Part shown: in pieces, positions 1-14,864 of the stretch
Numbering within the stretch: position 1 is the stretch's first letter
Layout: each line of letters starts with the position of its first letter
From: Nemertoderma westbladi
Taxonomy: Eukaryota > Animalia > Xenacoelomorpha
Assembly: GCA_032718475.1 (NCBI GenBank)
Contig: JAUCBJ010001863.1
Location: forward strand, 29,916-93,915
Length of the DNA stretch: 64,000 nt
Direction of reading: 5' to 3'
Made by a program: the position numbers and the translations under genes
The notes under the pieces: generated by a model
Databases searched by the model: none
The model's input: only the letters and a program-made list of their open reading frames with translations
What the model was told of the DNA's origin: nothing

Positions 1-3000
1 TCGAATCCTCTCTCTGTATAGTCCGATCGGATACTAGTGCATGTGCGTAGAATTTCGAAAACACCCAACTTCTTATACGACACTTTATTGAATCTACCCG
101 AAATATTACACAACTTGGCAAGCGGTCTGCTTACGAGGCGTTTCAGCTGCCTCTTAACTGCATTATTCAACGTATGAACACCAGTGCGGCGTAATGTAGT
201 GGTTAAGTGGGGTTCTTGAATGATGAGTTGTAATTCCTCTACTGTATTGGCAGGTGGTAATTCACACACAATATTCTCATTTTCAAGATGATTACTGTTT
301 CCATGAATGAGGCCACTACCGGTAGGCCTACCAATTCTTAATACTGAAGACTGTAAATTTTCAACCATGCCCTCTATCCTCTCAATACGACCTGCCAAGC
401 TTATTAACGAACTCTGATTCGATTTAGGAAGAGAAAACAAACTTTGCAGAATGTATTTAGAAGAACTGTTGTCACGCTCTTTACCGATTATTTCCTGGTT
501 TGTAGTAAGTTTCAATTCGTTCAGTACTAGTGCCAGTGCTTTATATTTATAAAAATAATTATATATTTAATTATAATATTTTTATTTAGGCCTATAATTA
601 ATATATTTATAGGCCTATTATTATCAATTGTTTATATTTTTTTTCATCTGGTGCAGCATTTCACAGATAGCTGGCACAGGATTTTTTGCACCTGGCGTGG
701 CACGTGGCAGCGTGGCCTTGCACCGACAAACCGAGCCGGCGCAAGGTTTTTTTTCACCCGGCGTGGCTTTTCTTTCACAGAGCTGGCGCAGGATTTTTTG
801 CACCCGGCGTCGCGTTCGGCGCAGGAAATTTCAACTTTTCAATAGGGCGCGGTAGGCCTACATAAATAATGAAAAAATTTATAAAGTGTTTTCAAATGGC
901 AGAATGGGCATGGCAGCATGGTGCTGTGGTGTTTTATGCACCAAACAGATAGGCCTAAATAAATGGCAAATGTGGACTCTCAGACCGGATAATCCCTGTC
1001 CCATTTTACCCCGTCCCCCGTCCCATTTTACCCCGCCTTACAGCCTTAGCTGCTTAGCCTAGAGGCCTGCTGTAGCAGTAGGCTGGTAGGCCTGTCCTGT
1101 CGGTGACCGCGACTGGTAGGCCTATTGCAGTATTGCTTGGCTAGGCCAAGCTGCCAATGCCATGAACCGATTACAAATTAGGCCTGCTATTTTATTATTA
1201 TTATTTTATTACCGGTAGGCTATTTCTGTAGGCCTACCGGTACCGGTATTTACATTTACAATACACAGCAATATGCCCAGATGCCTACCGGATAACGGTA
1301 CCGGTAGCGCGGTACAGAGGTAGGGCACATGCAAGGGCAGTAGGGTAAGAGCAAGCGGTAACTAATTGACTGCTGGAATGGCGAAAAATGCTGACATGTG
1401 CCACGCCGGGCAAAGTGCCAGAACAGCAGACAGGCAGAATCCAGAAGGCCCGGCACAGACAGACAGAGCACAGAGATGTGCTGCGCTGGTGCAGAATTGG
1501 CAATCAGGCTTAATACAGCGGTATTGATCCAGAGATCAATAACACCAATTCAGCATTTGCAATTCAATTGCCAATATCCAGATATCAGAATCTGCCAATA
1601 CTGCTATAGGCCTACTACATGCAGAATTCAGTACCATACCACCACCCTTATGCCTAAGTGCTTAAATTAAAGGCGGTAAAGTTTATTGACCAATAGAAAT
1701 TGATGACGATGTGGAGCCCCATGTGCGTTTTTCACTCAAATGCAGATCCCTATAAACTGGTATGCTTCGGCAATAGATACACCTCCAATTATAACTCATT
1801 ATACACCAGTGGAAACAATATATTCTAACACTGGCGAATATGTGGTGTCATATATTAAATTTAGACAAACCAATTTCAGCGCCACTTATTAACCAATTAT
1901 ACGCCAGTGGAAACCATATATTCTATCACTGGTGAATATATGTGGTATCATTTATAAAAATTACGGACAAATTCAAGTGCAGCGCCACTCATACACCTGA
2001 CGCCATTCTACACCAAACGTACACCGATATACTGTAGCACTGGATCATTTTTTACTGGGTAGCTTCTATGCAACAACTGGCCAACACACAAGTATCACTT
2101 TGTTGCCCGCAATAATATTGTTCCCCGAGAATGCCTCTGCCTCTCAGTTAACTTACCACGAGCTGTCAATCAGGAATAACTATATTATAATATTATATTA
2201 TTAGGAATAACTAATTATTTTCTCAAAGAATTAAAAGTGCCGCAAACTACCTCAAAGTGACATTTCTCAAAGAATTCAAAGAATTCAAAGTGCCTAAAAG
2301 CAGGAAATCACTTTGAGATTCCCAACTAAAAGTGTCTACAAGAATTCAAAGCGGCCGTTGGGAGTAATGTAATGACTTTTAGACACTTTTAGAAAAACTT
2401 TGAGAAAATCTCAAAGAACAGATGCACTTTGAGACCCCGACTGTATGTCTGTCCGTCAATAAAAAGCATACTATCTTTCTAAAAAATTATCTGTAAGGGT
2501 TTTCGTGGTCGGTGACTTCATTTATGATGTCATAAATTAAATTTGGCCTTGTCGGTTCTGTCTGTATGCCTGTCAGTATGTCTGTCAAAATATAACCGAC
2601 AGTCTGACAGCCAAACAGACAATTTCGAAGACATCAAATGTTAAAATTGACACTCGAAATGAATTCTGTGACCAGGGAACCCCTATAGCTAAACTATTAG
2701 CAGCTAAATGGTGTGCCTTTTTCTTATATTTGACAGGCAGATAGTCGGATAGTCTGAAAGACCGACAGACAGACATACATGCACACTAGATTTCATTAAA
2801 AGTAAAAACTGACCTCAGTAATGAAATCAGCGACCGGGAAAACCCCCACAGCAAAAATCTTATCATGGTTTTGTGCTTTCTTGTTACAAGATATATTGAC
2901 AGACATTCATTCACATATTATTATGATAATTAAAACTTACTTACTTACTGAAAAGTAAAGACGTGACACTGAAAATAGTGAAAGATAAGAAGTGGTACTT

Positions 3001-4675
3001 GAAAAGTAAAAACTATTTCTTAGATTTCCACAAATAATAGAAAACTCGTGCAATGCAATATTTATCCAAAAATAGGCAGGCCTATGCAAATATTAGAATA
3101 AAAGAATGCATTCTAAATTCATAAAAATTAACATTTATTTTTCTAATATAGAACCCTTATGAATCGTATAACGCGGGAAACAATATGTCGCACAACAATT
3201 ACTATTGGATATATTTACAAAATTTGGTGCCGGGCACCAAATTTTACACCCACCGCCAAAAAATGCGATTTTGAGATGTCTAGTGACCCCAAGATGTCAC
3301 AATCAATTTATCTATTTCAAGTATTTTCAAAAATTGGTGCTAGCACCAAATTTTCCACCCACCACCGAAAAATACAAGTTTGAGATTTCTAGTGTCATTT
3401 TTAAAAATTTAATTACTTTCAGAATCGCCATAAACCAGTATAACGCAATATGTTAGTTAAACAATATGAAACAATATGTTACAATCAATTCATCTATTGC
3501 AAGGATTTTCAAAAAGTGGTGCTACAGTAGCACCAAATTTTCGACCTACCGCGGAAATATAGAAGTTTGAGATGTCTCATGCCATTTTTATATATTCCAT
3601 GGAATTCATAACCCTCATAAAACCATACAACACAAGAATCAAGAAAACAATCATCTTTACAATTTGCCATATTATGTATATTTCTATCCCCTTTATGCAT
3701 GATGTTGCACTAGTGCAACAGTGGTGCAAAAAGTGCTAGTATATTTTTTAAAAAAAATTTCCCAATTTTTAGGTTTTTTACACCTAAATGACTGTGAAAA
3801 ACACCAAAATAATTTTTTTCTATGGAGCATCAATAATTCATGCAGTAAAGGGTTAAGTTGTCAATCACCAAGTTATTATTATGAAAACAATAAAATAGGA
3901 CATGGGGTCTTCTTCCCTCAGATACTACCTAGCATTTAGGGCCACTTGGGCCACTGTTAGTACTCAGGCACTAAGTTACCTGGCCTATACAGTAGCTATA
4001 GATTTATTGCATCCAATGGGAGTATTGTAATCAATAATAATTTTATGAAAGTTATATTAAAGACTTTCATATTTAAATATAAATGTTTTATATTGTAACT
4101 TTTGGCAAATTGAAATAATTTACTTTCTTACCCAGATTTCAGCGTTACGTAACGATTATTCCCGAACCCCCCCACCCCCTCTGTAACAAAATAGTAACGT
4201 TTCAGGCAGACCCCTCCCCCCCTTCTGAGCGTTACGTAATATGTGAACAGCCCCTATGCTATATATCTACTATAACTGTATAATTCTATATCTAATATAA
4301 TTATAGTATAATACTATAATTGAAACCGCTGAGTAATATATATAAACTCAAGTAATATATATAATCTTTAAACCCAGTACCAGTGTGGACAGAGTGTTTG
4401 TAGAACTGCGTGATGGTTATGGCTCCTCAGTTGCCCGTCTGAGCCGCTTTGTATATTATATCACACAATACAAATGTAATGACGAAAACATGTTGCAGAA
4501 GTGACTGCAGAAGTACTTCTCCTGGAACAGTCGACGAAAAGTTGGAAAAATCGGGATTCAGATCCCTTCTTGCGGAGGGGTCATTCGGTCCTCCCTATCT
4601 GGAACTACTGGGGTTCTTGAGGCGCTGACAACCGGTAGTCCCCTCAATCTAGCCAGTCATGGTGCATGTCTGGTA

Positions 4676-7476
4676 GGGTGTTACAAAAATCACTTTTTTG
4701 CCCCAATTGCTTGGAAACTTCGACATATTTTGCCATTTTAATATAGAAGTGCAATGCAAAAAACCGTTTTGAAAAAAAATTAGTGGGAGAGGTGTCAAAC
4801 GAGTCACAAAATCTGAGAAATTTAACTAAATATACCAGTTTTAATTTACTGATAATTTTAGCGCTACAGTAGATGATTGCAATGATCTGAAACTCATGTT
4901 ATGTAATGCATATATCATGGGCTTTCCAATAACGTTTTTTGCCTTGTGAAATTGACAAGATCACATGTGTCACATTGAGTTTGAAAAATTGAATTTTTTA
5001 AAAAAATCTGATAAATTTAACAAAATATAGCAGTTTTAATTTACCGATAAATCTAGCGACAGATGATTGCAATGATCTGAAACTCATGTTATGTAATAAT
5101 ACATTTATCATTTTTACAATTTCAAAATTGAAGATCTAAATGTATGAAAACTGAGTGTGTGAATCTCCTTACCAGTACTACGCACCTACTTCATCTACTA
5201 CTGTTACTCCATGACCCTTTTGCTTCATTCATAAAGGCCATGCAACAAAGTACTGAAGTACAGTAGGACAGTTTACTACAACAACAACAGTACAATAATA
5301 TTAAATTGCAGCATTTCCACAATTACATATAATTTAAAATTACAAATTTAATAATAGGTGATTTTGTTCAATTCGTGCAGTTAAACCGGTCTGGTAGGCC
5401 TACTACCAATTTTTGGACGGAATACTGCCAATGTCGGAAGACTGCTAAAATCGGTAGGCCGGTACGCAGTCAGTAAGCCCGACTCAATGTGAGCAGTCAA
5501 TGAAGAGAACAAACATTTGGCTCATCAACGCGACATCACCAGGAAGAAACTCGAGATGGAACAACACAAGGAGGCATTAATTCTAGAACAACAAAGACAG
5601 TTGGCTGCGGCCAAATCGCAACAGGAGGCCTATGAATTGGAGGATCGACAGCAAATGGATTGCTCAAGAACTCGAGCAGGCTCAATCCCTGCTAAACAAT
5701 GAGACGGCGCTGAGTCACTAATCAGCAGCCTGAACCATCGATTGTGCGCTTCAAAGAGATACATGGAGCCAACCCCATAGAAGCACATCAACATTATGCG
5801 CAATAAATCTATAGACTGGTAGCCAAGGATTGGTTGGACCCAGTGGATGTTGGGACTCCTGGAAACCAGGTAAGTCACCCCGGAGGTTGCCATGAGCCCG
5901 AACCTAGAGATCAATTAGAACCAACCACATCTACGACCTCAAGTAGAGTCTGGTAAAGATTTGTGACTAACGAAGGCGATCAAGCCGAGTGGGATGGAGC
6001 TCGAGACTGTGAGCGGTTTAATCCAAGTCCTACTCCAGGTAAGCCCAAGATCCATATGTATAAATTAAATTTAGCAATTAGGGAAGGTAATAAGGAGGTG
6101 TGGGATGAAGTCATCCATAGAAAAAGGTAAAGTCCAACATATTCAGTCACAAGTCCAACAGGTACAGGGACAAGTTCAAACTGTATGTAGTGTTGTGCAA
6201 GAAGTGTAGCAAAGAAATCAAAGAACGTCAAAGTGCAGGTGGATAAGGAGTTCGACCGTGTTAGGTGTAATATCCCTGAGGTCAATGACCATGTAGAGCG
6301 AGCTCAACAGGAGAATGAAAAAGTTAGAGTACAGGAACAACAGAAGAACAAAAGAATGTCCTGAAGACTATCCCAAGTTTAAAACACCACAATTGCAATA
6401 ATGCCCAGTTATAAATATTCAGACAGACTGACTATAGACCACCAGTCAGTGAGAAGGTAACCTATCACAGGACGAATTCGCGGACTCGTCACACAGGTAA
6501 GTTATCCTACCCATCCGTTGGAACCGATTCCAACTGATGTCCAACAACGGGTAAGAAGGGAAGACAATACTATGGTCAACTCAATCGCAGTGGAGTTTTT
6601 TAGGTTCAGTGCGAGACACAGTCTTCCTCCATTACATCCTCCGCACTTCACTGGTTTATCTAAACATTGGAGAACCTTCATCAACTATATCAAGACCAAT
6701 GTCGCACAACAGGATTTCTCACCGACTGAGAAATTCAACTACTTATACCAACAGTTGAGAGGTCAACTGAAGGAATTGGTGGTACGTAATTTGTAATTAG
6801 GTAATTAGTAATTTGGTGTCATCACCTATAAACGTCGTTTATAGGTGATGACACTGAGGTGGCTTATGACAGGTTAGTTACTGTGTATGGCGGCAATGTA
6901 AAGATGGCCAGGTCAGTAATAGTTGAACTAACTCAGGGGGGACCAGCACATTCCCATATAGAATTAGTTAAGTTTTCAAACTCAATGTGACACCTCTGAT
7001 CTTGTCAATTTAAGAATGCAAAAAACGTTATTGGAAAGCCCATGATATATGCATTATGCATTACATAACATGAGTTTCAGATCATTGCAATCATCTATCG
7101 CTAGATTTATCGGTAAATTAAAACTGCTATATTTTGTTAAATTTCTCAGATTTTTTTTAAAAATTCAGTTTTTCAAACTCAATGTGGCACATCTGATCTT
7201 GTCAATTTCACAATGCAAAAAACGTTATTGGAAAGCCCATGATATATGCATTACATAACATGAGTTTCAGATCATTGCAATCATCTATCGCTAGATTTAT
7301 CAGTAAATTAAAACTGCTATATTTTGTTAAATCTCTCAGTTTTTGTGACTCGTGTGACATCTCTTCCACTAAATATTTTTCAAAACGGTTTTTTGCATTG
7401 TACTTCTATATTAAAGTGTCATTATATGTCAAAGTTTCCAAGCAATTGGGGCAAAAAAGTTATTTTTGTAACACTC
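4676..7476. mobile_element. Non-autonomous DNA transposon-like element with long (~430-500 bp) terminal inverted arms and TA flanks
   Basis: Left end TA|GGGTGTTACAAAAATCACTTTTTTGCCCCAATTGCTTGGAAAC is the near reverse complement of right end GTTTCCAAGCAATTGGGGCAAAAAAGTTATTTTTGTAACACTC|TA. The arms (~4676-5100 and ~6972-7476) stay complementary and contain an internal ~190-bp repeat. No transposase ORF. Confidence 0.7.
6518..6990 (+). pseudogene. Decayed Bel/Pao gag (DUF1759-like) fragment
   Basis: ORF 6518-6796 reads SLPPLHPPHFTG..WRTF...FSPTEKFNYLYQQLRG, matching the Bel/Pao gag pattern also seen at 36931 (MPKMEIRTFEG..) and ~60095 (ELPPVEPFKFNG..). An upstream E/Q-rich coiled-coil fragment at 5517-5702 probably belongs to the same relic. 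Confidence 0.65.
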
Positions 7477-8086
7477 TAAATTGTCTGGCCTCCAACTTGT
7501 CCGAGAGTAGCCTGATCCAGGATGCCACATCCGATGCGAGAATGGAGTCAGCCATCAAATCCATCAGTCCATCCCCACTGAAAAGTATTGTATCTAACAA
7601 TATGATCATGGTGGTACAGCCCAATCTTACTTTTCTTAATTTTTTTTTCAATTACAATCTTAATTTTCTTTACATCAGTTAGGTTCTGTAAACTCCTCTT
7701 GAAAGATTCATATCAACTCAGCTTTGCTATTATCCTCTTATTTCCTCTTTGCTACTGTAGTTTACTGAAACCAATATCCATATATTATTAGGCAACGGCT
7801 GGTATCCAATGAACCTTTTTAGTAGGAGAGTTTGTGTTGGTCTATCAGTCCGTTACTTATAATCAGAAAATAGACCAATTATTTATTCATATAAACTGAT
7901 CCCTTTGTTAACTTTGAGCTACTTGGCTTCCACTAAGCTTACAGCAGACAGTATCTAATGTGTACTGTAGGTGTGTATTAGTATTACTTGTGTAGAAATA
8001 TAGGGTATGTTTCTGTCATTATTAAAGTCATTCACAGAAGATTATATTTTCGTTTGTGTAATAAAATTATTTATCACAACTCTACA

Positions 8087-8194
8087 ATGTCAATAAAGGA
8101 AACTCTCCTACTCTTAGCTCTGGCAGCTCTTTTAGCTGTGGAGTGCAATGGAGACAACAACGAGGACTCCAACAAATTAGTTGAAAGAGACAAT
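8087..8194 (+). CDS. Putative first coding exon of a secreted protein (signal peptide); downstream exons not identified
   Basis: ATG at 8087 gives MSIKETLLLLALAALLAVECNGDNNEDSNKLVERDN, a classical n/h/c signal peptide, followed in phase 0 by a perfect GTAAGT donor at 8195. Confidence 0.55.
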
Positions 8195-10314
8195 GTAAGT
8201 TTGTTCTCAAAGCAGATTTGTCATATGTTTAGCTTTACAACAATGTTTGTAAAACCACTCCCCTGGCTTCCCTCTATTTACCCCCTATTTGTCTCAGCCT
8301 ACAACCCAGCCCTCTCTATATAAAGAAGAATGTATGAAGAATTAATTTTGTAAACTGTAAATATACTATAAAACTTCTGAACATGCACTTTTCTGAACGT
8401 CCAACTTTGGGACAGCCAAGCATCAGGAAGATGGCCGCCTAGACCGTTAGGCCGTCAGCAACGCAGGGAAAAGATGTCCACAACACGCTAGCGCCCACAT
8501 TAGATTAGACCGCGCTCCCCCTTCGCCCTTCGAAATACTCCACTTGCCATGCAGCGCCCGCTTTATGAGGAAGGTAAGACTTTGTTTGACGCCCTTGGCC
8601 GACGTAAGACCTATAGATCAGGGTAAGCGTGACGCCGTCCTGGATTTAGGATGAAATAACTATGTTCTAGGCAGAACCCCCTTGTCAGTATTACGAATCC
8701 CTGGGTTACCTGTATACCTCATAGGTGCGAGCTATTGCTGTCCGTCAGTACACGAGTACATATTAGGTACAGACAGCATACGTTCCATAATTTAGTGATT
8801 CGCAGTACTGACCGTTTGGCACCGGTTCGCTTTGTAGAACATACATTAGTACCCCCCCCCCCCCCCCCCCCCTGCCTGAAGTTAGTTATTTGATCAGGCA
8901 AGGAGCATTTCTGCTACCGGCACACCGCTTGGCCTAGGGAGGTTTTATTAATATCCTACCGCGCCTTGCCACGTACTGATAGGTATTTGCTGTTAACTAC
9001 CGCAGCAACAAAGTTCTAGAATCAAATTTGTATACCAGATCAGCTAACGTACGGTAGCAATTAATCCCTATTTCTTATCTTACAACCAGAATCTGGTATT
9101 TGTGCCGATCACGGGTGTAGTTACTAACACCGTGGTTGCCCAGTTGAGTTGTGGATAGGAAGGAGAGAGCTTTGACGTCATTTGTAAGTATAAAGTTCTA
9201 CAAAACGCGACTAGCTTATTTTAGTAGCTAGCGCACGGTATTGTTTCGGTCAGAGAATTACTAAAACCTAGTAAAAAATGATATACACCAAAATTGTTTT
9301 ATTGTAACACACCCACACACACACGCCCTAAAACATATTTACCCTTAGAGTTATACTAGATAGCGCACTTTAGATCACTTTAGGCAGAGTATATCTATAA
9401 CTTACCATTCGTATTTGTAAAATTCGGATCAGATATTTAGTTACGGCAAGGGAGTGTGGGGCGAGACACGTATGGCGAGCCATCAGCGAACTGATATAAT
9501 TATACTATGGCCGTTTCTCAAAAGTCTGTGTGTGACGTGTGTGTGTGTGTGTGTGTGTGTCGGTAGCCATAAATGTCGGAAGCCATAATCGAAGTTAATA
9601 TCTTCAGCTAAATTGTACGATTGAATCGAATTATTTCGATTCTTCTATCGGTAATTAATTATTTAGGGGGGTAACATTTATCCCATCCCCATCTGGTATA
9701 AAATTAACATGGGTAGATTCGCCGTGTCCCATTCTATCAAAGTCTTTACTTTATACTCGAGATTAATGTCAAGTTTTATAGTTATTTATTGATTTACAAT
9801 TAAAATTGCATTTTTATCAATTAATTCACACGCAGGCTCTAACCGCCTAATGACAGTCAATACGGAGTAATTCCTTCCCGTGTCTTAGCAACGCTGCGAA
9901 TGTCCTGAGGCCTGTTAGAGGCAGACTGCTGCTGGTTGGGGATGGTTGGGCATTAATTCCCTATCCATTCACTCACTCTCCATAGAACTGGCTGACTGGG
10001 GGTGTGTGTGTGTGTTTAGGTATCAGTTATTCAATGACATTAATATTATTACTAATGAAGGAATACTCAATAGTGCTCCTTCAATACATCTCAACAGACA
10101 TCAATTCATTGCCTGTGCCTACCAACGCGTGCTCCATAACATAACAACATATATCCTTGGTTTCCATCACCTCTCACCACAATTATTATTAGTAATTAAA
10201 AGTTTCAATTCGGTTTGTCGTTCCGTTATCTGGTTATTCAGTTATTGCATTATTAATAAATAAATGTTTTAAAATATATCTTACGAAATATGGTTAATAA
10301 TTAAAACTTGTCGC

Positions 10315-10710
10315 TAACATTCTCACTATGGGGGTTTTAAGGAGTGCTGATTACATTTCTGATGTCAGTTTTCACGTTTACATAAATCTAGTCTGTCTGT
10401 CTGTCGGTCATTCTGTCAGTCAGTCAGTCTGTCAAAACTTAAAAAAGAATACAAACTAACTAACATTCTCGTTATGGGGGTTTTAATGGGTGCTAAGTTT
10501 ATTTCAGATGTCAGTTTTCACGTTTAAAAAAAATCTAGTCTGTCTGGCTGTCGGTCTTTCTGTCAGTCAGTCTGTGAAAACTTAAGAAAGTATACTAACT
10601 AACCAACATTCTCGCTATGGGGGTTTAAGGGTTGCTGATTTCATTTCTGATGTCAGTTTACACGTTTACATAAATCTAGTCTGTCTGTCTGTCGGTCTCT
10701 CTGTCAGTCT
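10315..10710. repeat. Tandem repeat, ~145-bp unit, ~2.7 copies
   Basis: AACATTCTC.(C/T)TATGGGGGTTT...TGATGTCAGTTTTCACGTTTA...TCTAGTCTGTCTG recurs at ~10317, ~10462 and ~10606. Confidence 0.8.
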
Positions 10711-13700
10711 GAACTACTGTACTGTGGTTGGCATTACGCCATATACCTAACACTAATAATACAGTCTACAATACAGCCTATCTACAGTACAGAATGGATT
10801 TTTTGCCACGAAGAGCAATAAATGTCATTAATACTATCCACCAGTATACCTACTCCAAGAGCCTTCCAATAAAACATGTATTCCAGCATGACGTCCACTG
10901 CACGTCTTCGTGCTGTCCATTGTGACGTGCAGTGGACGTCATAGGCTCTAAGGGGTTAAGTTAATTCTATGATATTCGCATTATTCATAAATCAAAGAAA
11001 CTTATTTATTACATGTGAAAAAAGTTATACTTTTTACCATGTAATACGTGGAACTACTGGACATAACATATTAAAATGTATGGCGTAGGGACTTACTGAG
11101 AAATAATGTCGCACTGCAATGGAAAATATGTCGCCCTGGCGATTTGGTAACAGTGCGAAATTAATTCCATACAAATAAATAAAAAACCTTAAATTATTTT
11201 ATTCGAATTTCAACAACTTTATCTCCGGATTGACTCCGAATTAATATGCCCGGAGCCGGAGCCAGTATAATGGGCCGGAGCTCCGGAGCCGGAGCTGTGT
11301 TGCATCCCTAATTAACACAATACTATCCACAGACTACTATTTTATTGAACGTTAATATTCTATAATATTATTTATTATTCTATAAAGTTATTCTACAGAT
11401 ACTAATTTCTGTGTTATTGTGTATATTGTTTAGGTATTTAGTATTTAGATTAAAATGCCCCATTATATTATGTAACATCAGCTGTTTTAAACGTGTTTGA
11501 TAATTTATATATTTTATTCAATTATTACAAATAAATGGTTAGATATTCCGGTATAGTCTCTTTGGTTGTTGGAGGAATGTTACACCGACCAAACTTATTG
11601 CAGTACATATTCATTCGCTGGCTCTATTTTTATATATTCGTTATGATTATATGTTTGTTATGAAATAATTGTACGTATGTTAAAACAATGAAAAATACAT
11701 TCACTATACCATGTTTATTTTATTGATGTACTTTTTATCCTTAAGTAAATTAAGTTAATATTAAAAATCGTAAACATGAAAAAAGATTTATGTAAAGTTT
11801 TGTGTTACAAACATTAACTGTCACTGTTAACTTTTAGTAAGTTTGCTTTTTGCTCTCCTAACCCACTAAGTTAGATTAATGTTCTAACTGATATTGTTAC
11901 AACAATTTGTGACAGAAACTCTTATTTGTCACAAAATATTAAATGTTTTAAGTAATTAATTAATTTTGTCTCTAGGTTAAGGAAATTAATTTATATTTGC
12001 GAAATATATTATGACAATAATATTTAATGATTCGTTTTAAACTAATGCTGAAATCTTTGTTGATACATTTACCTATGAATGTTATGACTTTTGGGTCGAG
12101 CCACTATCTGTTAGCTTTGGCATACACCTTAGTATTGTCCGTACTTCCATTTCTACTTCCGTTGTTTTAACGTTGTATCCTTGCGCTTCGAAGGTTAAGC
12201 TGTTCTCCATAGAAACCGATTTTATTTTTTGGATATAGCAATAATAAATAATAATAATTATTATTTTATTTAATTCAGCCAGGAAGGTAGAATTATCTAA
12301 AATGAAATAAAAGTGTAATTATAGGTGAGGAAAAAATATTAATTAAAGTAAATTACACTTAGTATATCAGTAATAAAGATTTTAAAAGTAGCAGATCTGC
12401 TTAAATGGCACAGTTGTTATATGTAATCTGTATTATTTTGGGACACGTAATGTAAGGGCTCTGGGACGGGCACATATATTTTTTAACCTGTTACATAATA
12501 ATATAATTTAATAACAAAACATATTAATTTCACAGTTTTTAATAAATGGTTGCGGTTCATAATTTATTATATTATTTTGGCTAATAATTTTATAATTATT
12601 GTGGCCTCCACCAGCCCGGTTGCCCATTCTCAGCCAATTCTGGCTCAGCCACGGAGAATGGAGGTGAAACTGTCTCTGTTTCAAATATATCAATAATTTA
12701 TGGCTGAGTTAGTTTTCGTGCTGTGGTCCCTTTCTGGCACCCATCAAAATTATTTTTCTGTCTAAAATTGTCATAATTATGTCTCGCTAGAATAAATTAA
12801 TTTGTAGTATATAGCGGTTTTTTTGGATGCTGATCACGATTATAGATCTCAAATATAACATTCGAGAAAATTTCTGGTTATTTTGAATGTGTCCCCTGGG
12901 GCAGGAAAAAAACAAGTAGTGCAAATATGATAATAAAAAGTTTTACTAAATTAGCCTGATTTTATGTCCTTATTGGTTTTTCCGTGTAGTTGACAAAATT
13001 TGATATAATTCACGTATCGTAGGACGTAGAGTAATATTAATTTCAATACGTGTCACTAAAATTCGTGTCACTAAAATACGTTTCACTAAAATACGTGTCA
13101 ATATCAATACGTGTCGCTAATTGGGTAACGTGTGCTTTATAACCCCCCCCCCCCCCCCCCCCCCCCCCAGGGGGGTAAATTAGCTCCAACGTCTCAAAAC
13201 AAAAATGTATAATATGGTTGTTCATCCCACACTAAATGCAACTCCAATCAAATAATGTACCGCATTGGAGTAGCGAATGGCAACATCGATTACCTTGAGA
13301 GAATTATTGCTTGGCAACACGGAGGGGTAATCAATACACGGTTAATGCCAATCTAATTAACGGCCGACTTATTCTCGGGTTGGTTGCATTAATATTAGCA
13401 TGTTTGTCGATTTGTTTATTTTTTGTAATTATTTTCAAATTTAATCAAAATTATCGTTTTAACCGGTTTTTTTTATGTTGTATATTTTTATTTATACAGT
13501 ACGGCTCTACCTCGAGTGGGAATATTGAGTTACTTTATATAAATTTGCTAGTGTTAGACGTAGAATGAAATAAAATGTTTCTTCATTATTAATTCGACGA
13601 ACTATATTCTCTGAGTATGCCGAAATCTAGCCAACCTTGGTCGCCATGGTTACCAATAGACCACACGTGGTATTACCATAGAAACGAGGCGCCACCACTG

Positions 13701-14864
13701 GCAATCCGAGAGAACACGACTGCAGGGGAAATGATGACAGATATCTACCGACACTCTGGCAACAATAATGTTCAATAATGTAACCCCGGATACTACAGCG
13801 GGGATATCGCTTGATATCCCTCCTATATTCCGGGCCGCCACCTCGGAATCATTCCGACCCCACTCCCGCTTCCCCCGTGTCTATCCGACCCCCGTAGTCA
13901 AGGCGACTGATCGCTCGGAATATATCCGGGTTGGTATGACAGCCCCTGATTCCGGTTCATTTAGGACTCCTCTTCGCTCCCTCGCTTTGGCACAGGAACC
14001 GTTCCAGAAACCCAATAACTGGCGATATTCAAACAGAGGCGTTAAAATATAATAGGATTTATTTGTATATTATTTGGTAATAAAGAATTTTAATTACCAA
14101 TTAATTTGTTTAATTATATCAGCTGATTTTGAAAAGTGTAAATTTTGCTTTCGGAACTCCTCCGACGTTCTCAAAGATAAAAGATATTAGGTAATATTAG
14201 GCAGACAACTGATACTGATGTTGAAATATTTAAGGCAACACTTATGAGTTAAGGTGCACCTTAGCTAAGGTTGATTTATATGCAACCGGCCCCTCCTGGT
14301 CTAACAGCAAGTTAAGTAAATAAAGTTAAGTTATTGCAACTATAACTTATTAATAATATTGTAAATATTAACCAAACATAAACCAATAACCCATAACCAT
14401 CACACATATAAACTGGTAACATATAGCAGAATAGGCAAGATTCAGTCTCTTCTAAATCTTATTGGAAATTCTAACTGCAAAATAAATAATAAAAACGTTA
14501 AAGTAAATAATTTTATAGTAAAAAACGATATTTATTCAGGAACTACATTATTATTAATCAGGAACTTTTCACCCAAATATATCATATCGTTTATTTATTT
14601 TCAATATATAAATGTTATACGAAATACTTTAATCCAACCCTATAGCAGAATATTTCATAGAGATGGTTATGGAGGTCATTTGGAATTTAGTGAAATAAAA
14701 TTAAATGTTTCATATTAAATTTTTAACACATTGCGTTTCCTACCCGCGGTAACTGGTTTTACTCAGTAGAATAAAAATTAATTTTAGAATTAAATGTAAA
14801 AGTTAGTTTCCAACGCTACTCTTTTGAAATTACTTAGTAATTTTATATAAAACTTACAGTTTTA

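Noticed and set aside
130-175. Possible degenerate hammerhead-like motif on the minus strand (TTGAATAA...GAAACG)
   Set aside because: The core deviates from CTGANGA and the stems are not convincing by eye.
11080-11190. ~100-bp sequence shared with 16115-16230
   Set aside because: Looks like an ordinary short dispersed repeat fragment; no ends or function identifiable.
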